A stretch of DNA of 64,000 bases from Eledone cirrhosa (taxonomy: Eukaryota). A program made the translations under genes and the position numbers. This document shows, piece by piece, positions 1 to 19,215 of the stretch. Under the pieces are notes generated by a model. It searched no databases. It saw nothing but the letters and a program-made list of their open reading frames with translations, and had not been told where the DNA came from. The first letter of the stretch is position 1; the number at the start of each line of letters is the position of its first letter. The stretch is taken from NCBI GenBank assembly GCA_964016885.1, contig OZ024742.1, forward strand, positions 205,468,001 through 205,532,000, written 5' to 3'.

Positions 1-303
1 TATATACATATATATATATACCTATATATATATACCTATATATACATACCTATATATACATACTTATATATACATATATATATATACCTATATATATATA
101 CCTACCTATATATACATATATATATATACCTATATATACCTATATATACATACCTATATATACATACCTATATATATACCTATATATATATACCTATATA
201 TATATACCTATATATACATATATATATATACATACCTATATATACATATATACATATATACATATATACATATACATATATATATATATATACATATATA
301 TAC

Positions 304-334
<31 letters not shown>

Positions 335-351
335 CATATATATATATGTAC

Positions 352-382
<31 letters not shown>

Positions 383-495
383 CATATATACATATATATA
401 CATATATATATATATACATATATATATATACATATATATATATATACATATATATATATGTACATATATATATATATACATATATATATATGTAC

Positions 496-526
<31 letters not shown>

Positions 527-535
527 CATATATAC

Positions 536-566
<31 letters not shown>

Positions 567-575
567 CATATATAC

Positions 576-618
<43 letters not shown>

Positions 619-629
619 TACATATATAC

Positions 630-660
<31 letters not shown>

Positions 661-669
661 CATATATAC

Positions 670-712
<43 letters not shown>

Positions 713-715
713 TAC

Positions 716-762
<47 letters not shown>

Positions 763-809
763 CATATATACATATATACATATATATATATACATATATA
801 TATATATAC

Positions 810-856
<47 letters not shown>

Positions 857-857
857 C

Positions 858-904
<47 letters not shown>

Positions 905-1007
905 CATATATACATATATATATATATACATATATATATATACATATATATATATACATATATACATATATATATACATATATATATATATACATATATA
1001 TATATAC

Positions 1008-1038
<31 letters not shown>

Positions 1039-1249
1039 CATATATATATATACATATATATATATATACATATATATACATATATATATACATATATATA
1101 TATACATATATATACATATATATACATATACATATATATATATACATATATATATATATACATATATATAAATACATATATATAAATACATATATATACA
1201 TATATATACATATATATACATATATATACATATATATACATATATATAC

Positions 1250-1344
<95 letters not shown>

Positions 1345-1359
1345 CATATATATATATAT
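1..1359. repeat. (TA)n microsatellite array interrupted by CA (and CC in the first ~240 bp)
   Basis: Directly visible; units (TA)nCA, nearly G-free on the + strand. Confidence 0.98.
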
Positions 1360-1996
1360 GGTGGCTGCCAACTCGTTTTCGAGTACGGCCACTACTTTAC
1401 ATCCATGTAGGATAACCCCTACCGAAGCGCTGAACGAGTGTGACTTTTTAGTCCAGCCAGCGACTTGAAACCTCTGGTACAAACACTACACCTGTGACAA
1501 TCATTGACACATAGTGCTAGGCCCATGGTAGGACAACTATTGACACATAGTGCTGGGCCCATGTGAGGACAAGTGCAGAGAGATCTCCAGATATAAAGCA
1601 ATGCCTGTGCCGTGAAGCTTTTATAGTGAGCAAAGGCACTGCACAAAGCCAGTCCCACTCTCTTAACCAAGATGCTATTTACCAAAAAGAAGAACAAGTC
1701 AACATCATTGGATACCATCAGGGTTGCAGGTGTTATATCAGAATTTTCCTTCTCCTAGAATTCTGCCTTGACTAAGGCTAAAGGGGTCATCTCTCCCGGT
1801 GATTTTGGATGGCCATTGACTCTTAAGAGCTCCTTTGCCCTTTGACAGGTTTTGTTTTTAGTCCTGCAGGATGTCCAAAGTCACCCTCCTCACCAAGAAA
1901 CCTTGGTGGGGTTGCCAGTTTAGTCGCCAACGACCCGACCATGAGACAGGTTGTACTGGGATACATGTTACCAGTAGCACCAACTGGTGACCTGAC
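1360..1996 (-). mobile_element. Short non-autonomous, bipartite RTE-derived retroelement (5'UTR-like part joined to ORF C-terminal zinc finger and 3' end)
   Basis: Minus strand has an RTE 5'UTR-type motif (GGCAGAATTCTAGGAGAAGGAAAATTCTGA), a C-terminal [19 protein letters not shown] zinc finger typical of RTE ORF ends, and a terminal hairpin ACTCG-AAAA-CGAGT before (AT)n; no RT. Confidence 0.55.
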
Positions 1997-2707
<711 letters not shown>

Positions 2708-2748
2708 AATATTAAATAAATGGAAAACTATATTTATAAAACCATATT

Positions 2749-2814
2749 TATTTCATTATATATATTTCGGGGATATCATATTAACAATATGCTATGCCTT
2801 CATCAGACAAAATA
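2749..2814 (-). ncRNA. Hammerhead ribozyme (family 1), inverted pLTR copy
   Basis: Exact reverse complement of 3907-3972. Confidence 0.8.
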
Positions 2815-3172
2815 CAATATAAACAGTTTTATAGATAAATATATTCGACATACCGTAATAAACATCAACTTCATTTGAAGAGGTTTACTCTAGCAGTGAA
2901 AATACAGAGAGAAAGAAAGAGAGAAAGAAAAGAGGGAAAAACGAAAGAAAGAAAGACAAAACGAAGAGAAGGAAGAAAAAGAAGAAAAAGAAAAAGAAGA
3001 GATGCATGGAACAAAATAGAGAGATGGAAAAATAGATAAAGTGAAGAGCTTCATGTAAAGAGACAGAAAGATATATATATATATAGAGAGGAAATAGAGA
3101 TAGATACATATATATATATATAGAAAATTAGGTAGTGGGAGGTCATTTTGAGTAAGTGTATCAATGATACAT

Positions 3173-3207
<35 letters not shown>

Positions 3208-3274
3208 GCTCAAGTATTAATGTAAGGGAGATATATAGAGAGATATAGAGAGATATAGAGAGAGAAAAAAATTT

Positions 3275-3526
3275 ATGTCACATAGACATATGAATTTTTA
3301 AAACTAAACATAAGATAATGAATTTTCACACATTGTGAATACTTGTTTCATTCAGGAATACTGATATTTACAGTGTAGTGTAAGTTTTATAAATATATAA
3401 ATACTAATACATTAAAACATAGGGTTTTCTACGCCTCGAATATGTCTGGATATTTTTAAATTTTTTTTTCTCTCTCTATATCTCTCTATATCTCTCTATA
3501 TATCTCCCTTACATTAATACTTGAGC

Positions 3527-3561
<35 letters not shown>

Positions 3562-4109
3562 ATGTATCATTGATACACTTACTCAAAATGACCTCCCACT
3601 ACCTAATTTTCTATATATATATATATGTATCTATCTCTATTTCCTCTCTCTCTATATATATATATCTTTCTGTCTCTTTACATGAAGCTCTTCACTTTAT
3701 CTATTTTTCCATCTCTCTATTTTGTTCCATGCATTTCTTTTTCTTTTTCTTCTTTTTCTTCCTTCTCTTCGTTTTGTCTTTCTTTCTTTCGTTTTTCCCT
3801 CTTTTCTTTCTCTCTGTATTTTCACTGCTAGAGTAAACCTCTTCAAATGAAGTTGATGTTTATTACGGTATGTCGAATATATTTATCTATAAAACTGTTT
3901 ATATTGTATTTTGTCTGATGAAGGCATAGCATATTGTTAATATGATATCCCCGAAATATATATAATGAAATAAATATGGTTTTATAAATATAGTTTTCCA
4001 TTTATTTAATATTGTAAATATACTCCAAATATTTGTCGAGTGCTTTTATATCAGTTATAAATATTTACTAGTTGTAACCCAACAATTTTAAATATAACTT
4101 TACATGTAT
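3275..4109 (+). repeat. 5' pseudo-LTR of PLE
   Basis: Direct repeat of 7248-8078, differing mainly in simple-repeat lengths. Confidence 0.92.
3907..3972 (+). ncRNA. Minimal type-I hammerhead ribozyme (family 1)
   Basis: Stem I UAUUUUGU/AUGAAAUA, CUGAUGA 3915-3921, imperfect stem II (CAUAUU/AAUAUG core), GAAA 3953-3956, palindromic UAUAUA stem III, AUA site at 3964. Confidence 0.8.
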
Positions 4110-4151
4110 CTTGCTCCAATACTGTTGAGCGCTTTATATTATAATTGAAAA

Positions 4152-5738
4152 ATGGAATTCTTTAAGATTACTTCCTCTCTAAAAGACATACCTCTACCTA
4201 GCAACAAAGACTTTGTAAAACAACTAATAGATAAATCTGACTCTTTTATAAGGAGAATCAGGTGGCGTGCATTCCACTTTGATAAATCTAATGCAGACGA
4301 AAATATCTCGGACTTAAACAAAGTTTTCAAATCTAAAAGAAATCCACCCCCTAACAAACTTTTATCTGACTTTGAAAACGATATAATTTCTATCATACAA
4401 GGGGTCAAATTTAAGAGAAACTTTAAAGGCCAAGAATATCTGAAAGGCATTAAGAATAACATTGAGAGCTTAGAGAAAACTGAGAAGATCTTGGTGAAAT
4501 CTGACAAGACCAACAACCTCTATGGAGTGCGGAAAGACATGTATAATGGCCTCATACTGAAAGAGCTGAGGAAAAAATACAAGGTAGCAGATAAGGCCGA
4601 ACTTGAGAAAATGAATGTTGAAGCATCTTGTATAATGCATGAGTTGGAAATTGAGAACAGAACACAACCTTTCGTGCCCAGGAAACCGAAGATCAATATG
4701 AAGGACCACAAGAGCAATTTTGAAAATGACCTGCCAGTGAGATTGATCGCACCTTCAAAATCGGACCTGGGAAAATTAAGTAAAAGCATTCTTGACAGGG
4801 TGATACTGCAAATTAAGAACTTGGATTGTGTATCTAACCTGAGCTTGTGGAAGGGAACTGGAGAGGTTGTTGAGTGGTTTAGGCAAATTAAATATGACAA
4901 TAATAATAGGTTTATTCAACTTGATATAGCTAACTATTATTCTTCTATTACCCCTAGTCTACTAAATAGGGCACTAAATTACGCATTCAAACATACGGAC
5001 CTAACTAGCAAAGAAATGCATATTATATTATCGGCTAGGAAAACTCTGATAGAATTTAATGACAAATTATGGACTAGAGCAGATAGAGATAGCAATTTTG
5101 ACATAACTATGGGATCTTCCGACTCAGCTCAGGTAACTGACCTTGTGGGCTTATTTTTAATCAATTCGCTACATAGGAAAATACCTGGTACTACCGGAGG
5201 TTTATATAGGGATGACATGCTTTTACTTATTAATAATAATAACCCTGAACTAAATAGAAAATGTAAACAAATTACAAAATTTTTTAATTACTTTAACCTT
5301 AAAATAGAAATTGAGAACAACCATAGAATAGTCAATTTCCTAGATATAACATTAAATTTCAACACATGTCTCCACTATCCTTTTCACAAGTTGAATGAAA
5401 ACTTAAACTATGTCAACTTTAACTCTAACCACCCCAGATCTGTCAAAAACACTATAGTAAACTCAGTCCAAAAACGTATCTCTAGGATCTCGTCGAATAG
5501 AAAGACTTTTGACGAAAAGGCCCAATACTATAATGATGCACTAGCTAGGGCAGGGTATGCTGATAAGATTGTATACATAGATAATGATAGACAAACTAAA
5601 CAAAGTAACAACTTTTTTAATCACGGCAACAACATTAACAACTATAATAGAAAGCATTACAATAATTCCAAAGGACAAAAAAGAAATAGAACTAGGAACA
5701 TAATTTGGTTTGCCCCCCCCTTTCTCACTAAACATTAA
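4152..5738 (+). CDS. PLE reverse transcriptase (N-terminal part of frameshifted ORF)
   Basis: KSDKT motif, LDIANYYSSI, MGS, YRDD catalytic motif, FLDITL, thumb HPRSV; ends at IIWFAPP frameshift. Confidence 0.92.
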   Translation: MEFFKITSSLKDIPLPSNKDFVKQLIDKSDSFIRRIRWRAFHFDKSNADENISDLNKVFKSKRNPPPNKLLSDFENDIISIIQGVKFKRNFKGQEYLKGIKNNIESLEKTEKILVKSDKTNNLYGVRKDMYNGLILKELRKKYKVADKAELEKMNVEASCIMHELEIENRTQPFVPRKPKINMKDHKSNFENDLPVRLIAPSKSDLGKLSKSILDRVILQIKNLDCVSNLSLWKGTGEVVEWFRQIKYDNNNRFIQLDIANYYSSITPSLLNRALNYAFKHTDLTSKEMHIILSARKTLIEFNDKLWTRADRDSNFDITMGSSDSAQVTDLVGLFLINSLHRKIPGTTGGLYRDDMLLLINNNNPELNRKCKQITKFFNYFNLKIEIENNHRIVNFLDITLNFNTCLHYPFHKLNENLNYVNFNSNHPRSVKNTIVNSVQKRISRISSNRKTFDEKAQYYNDALARAGYADKIVYIDNDRQTKQSNNFFNHGNNINNYNRKHYNNSKGQKRNRTRNIIWFAPPFLTKH

Positions 5739-6366
5739 AACCCACATCGCTAAATTATTTTTCAAAGCTCTTGATAATCGCTTCCCTAGAACACATAGGT
5801 ATCACTCAATCTTCAATAGGCATACAATTAAATTAACCTACTCATCCACCAAAAATTTAGCACAAAATATTAATAGAATAAATAATAGGAACTTAAAACC
5901 TACTGATAATAGCATAAATAATATACAAGTTAACAAATGTAACTGTAGAGATAGATCTAAATGTCCGTTAAATAACAACTGCTTAGTTAAAAATATAGTA
6001 TACAATTGTAATGTTAATACTGACTCTAATTCTTTTAACTACGTCGGTTCCACATCGACGGAATTTAAACTTCGCTATAATAACCACAAGAATTCTTTCA
6101 CAGACCCAAATAAAAAATCTTCAACGGCACTATCAGGGGTACTCTGGCAACTTAAGCTAGATAACGTTAGATATTCGACGGCTTGGAATATAGTCTCAAG
6201 AGGGATTCCTTTTAATTCATCCTCTGAGACATGTGACCTCTGTGCAGAGGAGATATTCTTTATACTAAAATCTAAAAACTCCCTTAACCTACGGACAAAT
6301 TTATTCAGTTGTTGCAAACATAGATTAAACTCAACGTTTAAATATAAATTTAAATTTAAAATGTAG
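5710..6366 (+). CDS. PLE linker + GIY-YIG endonuclease (C-terminal part of frameshifted ORF)
   Basis: PPFSLN, CNCRDRSKCPLNNNC, IVY...YVGST..FKLRYNNH, CDLC, LN.R..CKH motifs. Confidence 0.9.
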   Translation: MPPPFSLNIKTHIAKLFFKALDNRFPRTHRYHSIFNRHTIKLTYSSTKNLAQNINRINNRNLKPTDNSINNIQVNKCNCRDRSKCPLNNNCLVKNIVYNCNVNTDSNSFNYVGSTSTEFKLRYNNHKNSFTDPNKKSSTALSGVLWQLKLDNVRYSTAWNIVSRGIPFNSSSETCDLCAEEIFFILKSKNSLNLRTNLFSCCKHRLNSTFKYKFKFKM

Positions 6367-7247
6367 TATATTTAGTTTGATTTATATTTATATGAGAACT
6401 AGCCGATAAATCTTTTGATTCCTAAATCTTTGATTCCCTCGTTTTACTCTTTTTATTGTTTATTTTCTTTTATTTATTTTTATTATTTTTTATCTAAACA
6501 TTCCTCATGAAAAATTAAGCTACCCTAAAAGCCGATGCTCCAAATTTTTTGAATTAGCCTTACACTAGATAAACTTCTATATTAAACATAGGAACATATG
6601 TAGACATAATTGGACATCATAATCTTTTTTACGATATTCTTTGCTAGATGTGATTTGATAGATAATTTTTGGCTTTGTCTTGTAGTGAACGTGGCAATAT
6701 ATTGTCAATTAACTTTGAAGGGTTGTTTTTTTTTTTTTTTTGTGGTTTATTTTTATTTTCATTTTTATTTTTATTTTTATTTTTATTTTTACTTTTATTC
6801 TTTTAGTATTGTAGTATTCTATAATATTTTTATTTTTATTTTATTTATTTTTTTTTAAATATTTTTATATATTTTTATATGTAAATTTTTATATGTAAAT
6901 TTTTATATGTATATTTTTATATGTAAATTTTTATATGTAAATCTTTAATACGTAATATTTTTTAATACGTAGTATTTTTAATATGCAATATTTTTATTAT
7001 GTAATATTCTTTCGTAATATTTTTTTAGTTTTCTATTCTATATTTTTACTTATTATTATGTTTATAATATAATATATATTTTCGATTAGTATATTGAAAT
7101 CTGCTCTCTATTTCTGCTTGATAGATAATCTTGTAGAATAATCGCAAGAATAATAATACGCTCAAATTTTTATACCACATTGAGAATGTTTTCCGATAAC
7201 TTAGAGTTTGCGGAGTGAATCAGTTGGATTCAAATTGAGATTTGTAG

Positions 7248-7498
7248 ATGTCACATAGACATATGAATTTTTAAAACTAAACATAAGATAATGAATTTTC
7301 ACACATTGTGAATACTTGTTTCATTCAGGAATACTGATATTTACAGTGTAGTGTAAGTTTTATAAATATATAAATACTAATACATTAAAACATAGGGTTT
7401 TCTACGCCTCGAATATGTCTGGATATTTTTAAATTTTTTTTCTCTCTCTATATCTCTCTATATCTCTCTATATATCTCCCTTACATTAATACTTGAGC

Positions 7499-7529
<31 letters not shown>

Positions 7530-8078
7530 ATGTATCATTGATACACTTACTCAAAATGACCTCCCACTACCTAATTTTCTATATATATATATGTATCTAT
7601 CTCTATTTCCTCTCTCTCTCTATATATATATCTTTCTGTCTCTTTACATGAAGCTCTTCACTTTATCTATTTTTCCATCTCTCTATTTTGTTCCATGCAT
7701 TTCTTCTTTTTCTTTTTCGTCTTTTTCTTCCTTCTCTTCGTTTTGTCTTTCTTTCTTTCGTTTTTCCCTCTTTTCTTTCTCTCTGTATTTTCACTGCTAG
7801 AGTAAACCTCTTCAAATTAAGTTGATGTTTATTACGGTATGTCGAATATATTTATCTATAAAACTGTTTATATTGTATTTTGTCTGATGAAGGCATAGCA
7901 TATTGTTAATATGATATCCCCGAAATATATATAATGAAATAAATATGGTTTTATAAATATAGTTTTCCATTTATTTAATATTGTAAATATACTCCAAATA
8001 TTCGTCGAGTGCTTTTATATCAGTTATAAATATTTACTAGTTGTAACCCAACAATTTTAAATATAACTTTACATGTAT
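7248..8078 (+). repeat. 3' pseudo-LTR of PLE
   Basis: Direct repeat of 3275-4109. Confidence 0.92.
7876..7941 (+). ncRNA. Hammerhead ribozyme (family 1), 3' pLTR copy
   Basis: Identical to 3907-3972. Confidence 0.8.
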
Positions 8079-8815
<737 letters not shown>

Positions 8816-9424
8816 AGGCTACGTTGGTATGGACACGTGTTGCGCATAAAAGTCGATAGCTGTATAACAAAGTGCAGGGCAATAAAGATAGACGGTAGTC
8901 ACGGAATAGGCAGACCTAGAAAAACCTGGGACGAGCTGATAAACGCCGACATCACACACTTACACCTCTCCAAGACAATGTCACTGGACCGAGACCTTTG
9001 GCGGTATTCAGTAACAGAGAAGACCCGCCTTACCTAAATATATAGTAAAACCTACTCCAGCCAGTAGGCATCTCTAACAAAATACACCCCGTCCCACCCC
9101 CACCACACCACCCCGTTCTATGTAAAGTTATGTTGGTGCCGCGCCATCGAGGCCGAAACAAATGAGATCGTGTAGGTGTCACGACAAAAAAACACACAGT
9201 CCACGCTGTAATGTGGCCGTGTAGACAACACGGTAAAAACCTCCCAGACCCACACTGTAAATGTGGTTGGTGTTAGGAAGGGCATCCAACTGTAGAAAAC
9301 CTGCCAGACAGTCCTATGCAAGCAAGACAATCACTCTTGCCTCAGGTGGGACTACCCCCGTCCAAACCCATGCAAGTGTGGAACACGGACGTTAAACGTT
9401 GATGATGATGATGATGATGGTGAT
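8816..9424 (+). mobile_element. RTE LINE subfamily B, 3' fragment with (GAT)n tail
   Basis: [18 protein letters not shown] end; matches 31204-31823. Confidence 0.93.
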
Positions 9425-13768
<4,344 letters not shown>

Positions 13769-13987
13769 CGGATTAACAAATAATAGTTAAATGCAGTCCA
13801 CTTAGGTGAAGTCCAGTTATGGTATTCCAGGTAGTGGATGATATTAACGCTTGGCTTGGTTTGACTCAACAAGGCGTTTTCATAGTGATGCTGCGGGTAT
13901 GCTGTAATTCCTATGTTGTAAACACTTGGAGTAATAATAAATCAGGAAAGAAGGTTTACATGGTTTGCTATACAAAAAAGTTTTTAA

Positions 13988-14106
13988 TCACATAGCTTAC
14001 ATTTGTTTCACTGAACTGGTATGTCTAGAGATCGCTATCCGCCTAATTTTGCGTCACTCGATCGCCAATACAGAATTATAACCAGTCAGATCTTCGGAGC
14101 ATGCGA
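13988..14106 (-). ncRNA. Hammerhead-like RNA (family 2), CCGAAGA core, long stem II
   Basis: Reverse complement of 15867-15985. Confidence 0.6.
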
Positions 14107-14461
14107 GAATGAAGAAAATACACAGGCAAGAAAAGAAAAGAAAAGAAAATATGGAGTAGTTATGGCATTCAATTAGAACAATAACAACAATTACAACAGT
14201 GCTATCAATAAACTATTTAAGGAGACCCTGACATTACTTAGGTGGGGGGTATATAATGTATCTAATGTTACGGCGTGAAAACCAGCTGTCATAAGGCAAA
14301 AAGTATCGTAGTGTGTATCAATTTTAAATTATAAAGATAAGCTAGTTTTCACAGTCTTTCTCTTCATCTTCAACAGTATACATGAGTGGGACCACTGTCA
14401 AAGCTCAATAGTTGTAGAGTTAATACAGAGGTTAACGAATTAAAACACGCATATATCTACG

Positions 14462-14525
<64 letters not shown>

Positions 14526-14785
14526 TATATACACATATATGTGTACATAGACACATACATACACATCAATATACACTCGTACAAAAATATACATACATGC
14601 AAAGAGAAAAGCGTGCTAATTGTAATTATGACAAAAAGAAGGTAAAGTAACATTGTAGTAGTGAAATGAGAAAAACTAGGATCTAGGATCAAATGATTGC
14701 AGCAGCTGAGAAGGAGTAAGATTGTTGGTAGATGAGGTACTTACAGACAATTGTGTGGTATAGACTTGTGAAGGTATAGACTTGA

Positions 14786-15707
14786 GCATGCTGACTATTA
14801 TAATGCAGCATTAAGTAGGGCCGGTCATAAAGATAAACTACAGTATATAGTGAATAAGGACAACATAAACAATCCTAGTAATTTCTACTCCAACCGCTCA
14901 CATAATAATAGGAATAGCTTGACTAGACATAGGGTTAGACATGTAACACCTAGAGTAAACGGCCAAAACACTAATAACGTATACCCTAGAAACAATAGAA
15001 GAAACAGACAAAGAAAATACCTATGGTTCAACCCAATATTCAACTCCTCTATAAAAACTAGACTCTCCTCTACATTCTTTAAACTAATAGATAAACACTT
15101 CCCTATCTCGCATAGATATCACAAAATACTCAATAGATCTACTATAAAACTCTCATACTCAACAGCAGCTAACATAGAATCACACATACGCAAGATCAAC
15201 CACAGAAATATCTCAAGTAAATCAATTGCACCTATACATAAGCACAAACTCATCACATCACAACCACAAGCGCATACAAACGCGCAGCAGCAAAACCCCA
15301 TTGGGCATATATCACAACCCACTTATAACAGGGTACTAAATAGGAATGTAAAAGCTGCACAAAATAGCGCCTCAAACTGCAACTGTCACCTCCCAGATAG
15401 GTGCCCATTGGCAAACAGATGTCTCGATTCAAGCCTGGTGTACATGTGCACTGTCATCTCGGGTAACTCCACCTGGAATTACATAGGATCCACCGCGGGT
15501 TCTTTTAAGAAAAGATGGTATGTGCACAGGCACTCAATGAAAAACCGTGCACTTATGGGTTCCACCACCCTCGCCAGAAAAATATGGGAATTGAAGGACA
15601 GCAACGCTAGCTACACTATCAACTGGTCGAAGTTGTCGGCTGCTAAAACCTATAGTACAGGGATGTCCTATTGCGGGCTGTGTGATCTTGAGCTATTGTA
15701 TATTTAG
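14786..15707 (+). pseudogene. PLE GIY-YIG endonuclease fragment
   Basis: DYYNAALSRAGH, WFNPIF, KLSYST, CNCHLPDRCPLANRC, LVY..YIGST..FKKRWYVH, CGLC; homologous to 5520-6366 and truncated at both ends. Confidence 0.88.
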
Positions 15708-15866
15708 ATTCATTATATTAGATTCATTATATACGCCCCACCTAAGTAATGTCAGGGTCTCCTTAAATAGTTTATTGATAGCACTGTTGTAATTGTTGTT
15801 ATTGTTCTAATTGAATGCCATAACTACTCCATATTTTCTTTTCTTGCCTGTGTATTTTCTTCATTC

Positions 15867-15985
15867 TCGCATGCTCCGAAGATCTGACTGGCTATAATTC
15901 TGTATTGGCGATCGAGTGACGCAAAATTAGGCGGATAGCGATCTCTAGACATACCAGTTCAGTGAAACAAATGTAAGCTATGTGA
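15867..15985 (+). ncRNA. Hammerhead-like RNA (family 2), CCGAAGA core, long stem II
   Basis: Stem I UCGCAUGCU/AGC(U)AUGUGA, CCGAAGA 15876-15882, stem II base CUGACUGG/CCAG(U)UCAG, GAAA 15964-15967, CAAAUG stem III, GUA site at 15975. Confidence 0.6.
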
Positions 15986-16036
15986 TTAAAAACTTTTTTG
16001 TATAGCAAACCATGTAAACCTTCTTTCCTGATTTAT

Positions 16037-17004
16037 ATATACAAATATATATATATATACATATATACAAATATATATATATATATACACATATATACAA
16101 ATATATATATATATATACACAAATATATATATATATATACACAAATATATATATATATATACACAAATATATATATATATATACACAAATATATATATAT
16201 ATATACACAAATATATATATATTTATACACAAATATATATATATTTATACACAAATATATATATATTTATACACAAATATATATATATATATATACACAA
16301 ATATATATATATATATACACAAATATATATATATATATATACACAAATATATATATATATATATATACACAAATATATATATATATACACAAATATATAT
16401 ATATATACACAAATATATATATATATATATATACACAAATATATATATATATATATACACAAATATATATATATATATACAAATATATATATATATATAT
16501 ACACAAATATATATATATATACACAAATATATATATATATATACACAAATATATATATATATATACAAATATATATATATATATATACAAATATATATAT
16601 ATACACAAATATATATATATATATACACAAATATATATATATATATATACACACAAATATATATATATATATATACACACAAATATATATATATATACAC
16701 AAATATATATATATATATATACACAAATATATATATATACATATACACAAATATATATTTATACAAATATATATATATATATACAAATATATATATATAT
16801 ATACAAATATATATATATATATATACAAATATATATATATATATATATACAAATATATATATATATATATACAAATATATATATATATATACAAATATTT
16901 ATATATATATACAAATATATATATATATATACAAATATATATATATATATACAAATATATATATATATATATATACAAATATATATATATATATATACAA
17001 ATAT
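16037..17004. repeat. (TA)nCAAA / CACAAA microsatellite array
   Basis: Directly visible. Confidence 0.98.
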
Positions 17005-17061
17005 AATATTATAATGAAATGACAGGAGGCTGGATTTGTGTAAATCCTAGAAAGGTTTATT

Positions 17062-17119
17062 ATACTATGATCATTTCAATGACCGGGTTCCGTATGAATC
17101 CGGTGATATCATCAGGTAT
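17062..17119 (-). ncRNA. Minimal hammerhead ribozyme (family 3) in a ~215-bp island (17005-17221)
   Basis: AUAC-CUGAUGA-UAUCACCGGAUUC..GAACCCGGUCAUU-GAAA-UGAUCA-UA-GUAU. Confidence 0.78.
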
Positions 17120-17508
17120 TCGAAATATAATACGTGAATGTAATAGGTAAAATCCATGGGGCTGAAAATCGAGACCCGAGGGCGACCGCTATTCTGTTCC
17201 TTCAACCTCAGCCGGTCGCCCTATATATACAAATATATATATATATATATACAAATATATATATATATATACAAATATATATATATATATACAAATATAT
17301 ATATATATATACAAATATATATATATATATACAAATATATATATATACAAATATATATATATATATACAAATATACATATATATATACAAATATATATAT
17401 ATACAAATATATATATATATATATATATATACAAATATATACAAATATATATATACAAATATATACAAATATATATTTATATATATATATATATATATAC
17501 AAATATAT

Positions 17509-17549
<41 letters not shown>

Positions 17550-17582
17550 AATATATATATATATACATACAAATATATATAT

Positions 17583-18847
17583 ATCATCATCATCATCATC
17601 ATCACCGTTTTACGTCCGTTCTTCCACGCTAGCATGGGTTAGACGGGTTGTCCTGTTGTGGGCAGTGTCTGGTCGGCTGACAATGCCTTGCTCATACAGG
17701 AACTGATCTGGCTTGATTTCTACAGCTGGATGCCCTTCCTAACACCAACCTCATTTACAGTGAGTGCTGGGTGCTTTTTCGTGGCGCCTACACGTCCACT
17801 TTACAGTGTGGGCTGGGTGCTTTTTTGCCGTGGCACCTCCACGACCACCTTGCGGTGGGGGGGGGGGGGGGGGGCATATTGTTTATATGCTTCAGCATGT
17901 ACCCATGGGAGGTTGGGTACCCTGTATTACTGCGTGACGCCAGAAGTCACGGTCGTGTGTCATTGACTTTGAGAGGTGTAGTTGGGTAAGGTCGGCTTTT
18001 ATCACCTCATCCCAAGTCATCTTGGGTCTCCCCACTCCGCGGTTTCCATCAACTTCTAGTGCTCTGCACCTTTTTATGCAGCTGTCATCCTTCATACGCA
18101 TCACATGTCCATACCAGCGTAACCGCCTCTCCTGCACGCAGCATTTGATTCCTCTTATGCTCAGTCTCTCTCTCAATTCATTTATGCTTTGTCGTTCACG
18201 TATATTACTGTTACACATCCATCGGAGCATGCAGGCTTCGTTTCTCTCTAATCTACGTAAGTCTTCCACCTTCAGCGCCCAGGTCTCACTACCATGCAAC
18301 ATCGCTGTTCGGATACACGCATCATACAGTCTGCCTTTTATTCTGAGGGAGAAGCCTTTTGCAGCTAGCAGTGGTAGTAGTTCCCTAAACTTCTTCCATC
18401 CCGTTCTTACCCTAGTTATTGTACTTTCTGAGCACCCACCTCCGTTGCTAATTCGGTCACCTAGGTAGCAGAAGCTGTCTACTGTTTCTACAGGGCCCTC
18501 CCAGAGATTGGTGGTACTTGTTTCCTGTGGCTGTTTGCTTGCTGTTTCAGCACAGCTGCTGCATGTGAATCCTACATTCTTAATTAAGCTTCCTGAGATC
18601 CCGCTACATCTCTTGTGTACCCATTGTTTGCATTTGGGGCAAAGAATGGAGTTCCTACCTACACCTTTCCTACATACTGAGCAAGGCCATTTCCCTGAGG
18701 GGATCTGGGTTCTGTTTTCTCGTCTACTTATAAGGACCTTAGTCTTTGTCATGTTGACTTTGAGGCCCTTTCTCTCTAGTCCCTGCTTCCAGGTTTGGAA
18801 TTTATTCTCTAGTTCTACCATAGATTCAGCTATGAGTGCGAGGTCAT
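17583..18847 (-). mobile_element. RTE LINE subfamily A, 5'-truncated
   Basis: Starts at (YAD)DLALIAES; PHD-type finger; RLRWYGHV; (GAT)n tail. Confidence 0.95.
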
Positions 18848-18859
18848 ATATATATACAA

Positions 18860-18901
<42 letters not shown>

Positions 18902-19215
18902 AAATATATATATATATATACAAATATATATATATATACAAATATATATATATATACAAATATATATATATATATACAAATATATATATATATATACAAA
19001 TATATATATATATATACAAATATATATATATACAAATATATATATATATATACAAATATATATATACAAATATATATATATTTGTATATATATATATATA
19101 TTATATATATATGTGTGTGAATGAAGTAATTCCGTCGGAAAGGTCCAGGAAAAAAGAGTGCTCTATGTAGGTTACAGAGCTTAATAGTTATGTAATAAAC
19201 AACATAAGATAATTA

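Larger units (their letters stand above)
2708..8078 (+). mobile_element. Penelope-like element (GIY-YIG PLE, probably Naiad-type) with direct pseudo-LTRs and an inverted 5' pLTR
   Basis: Inverted partial pLTR 2708-3275; direct pLTRs 3275-4109 and 7248-8078 near-identical; RT and GIY-YIG ORFs between them; hammerhead in each pLTR. Confidence 0.93.
13769..16036 (+). mobile_element. Second PLE (Naiad-like), 5'-truncated and rearranged, with inverted pLTR segment
   Basis: Inverted repeat 13937-14266 / 15717-16036 flanking thumb-end + GIY-YIG coding fragment. Confidence 0.8.

Noticed and set aside
6385-6440. Possible SECIS (ATGA..AAA..TGA) after the PLE stop, since some Naiad PLEs encode selenoproteins
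   Set aside because: No in-frame UGA in either PLE ORF, and the stem pairs poorly
14335-14380. UUGAAGA..GAAA on the minus strand as another hammerhead
   Set aside because: No stem II or stem I complementarity
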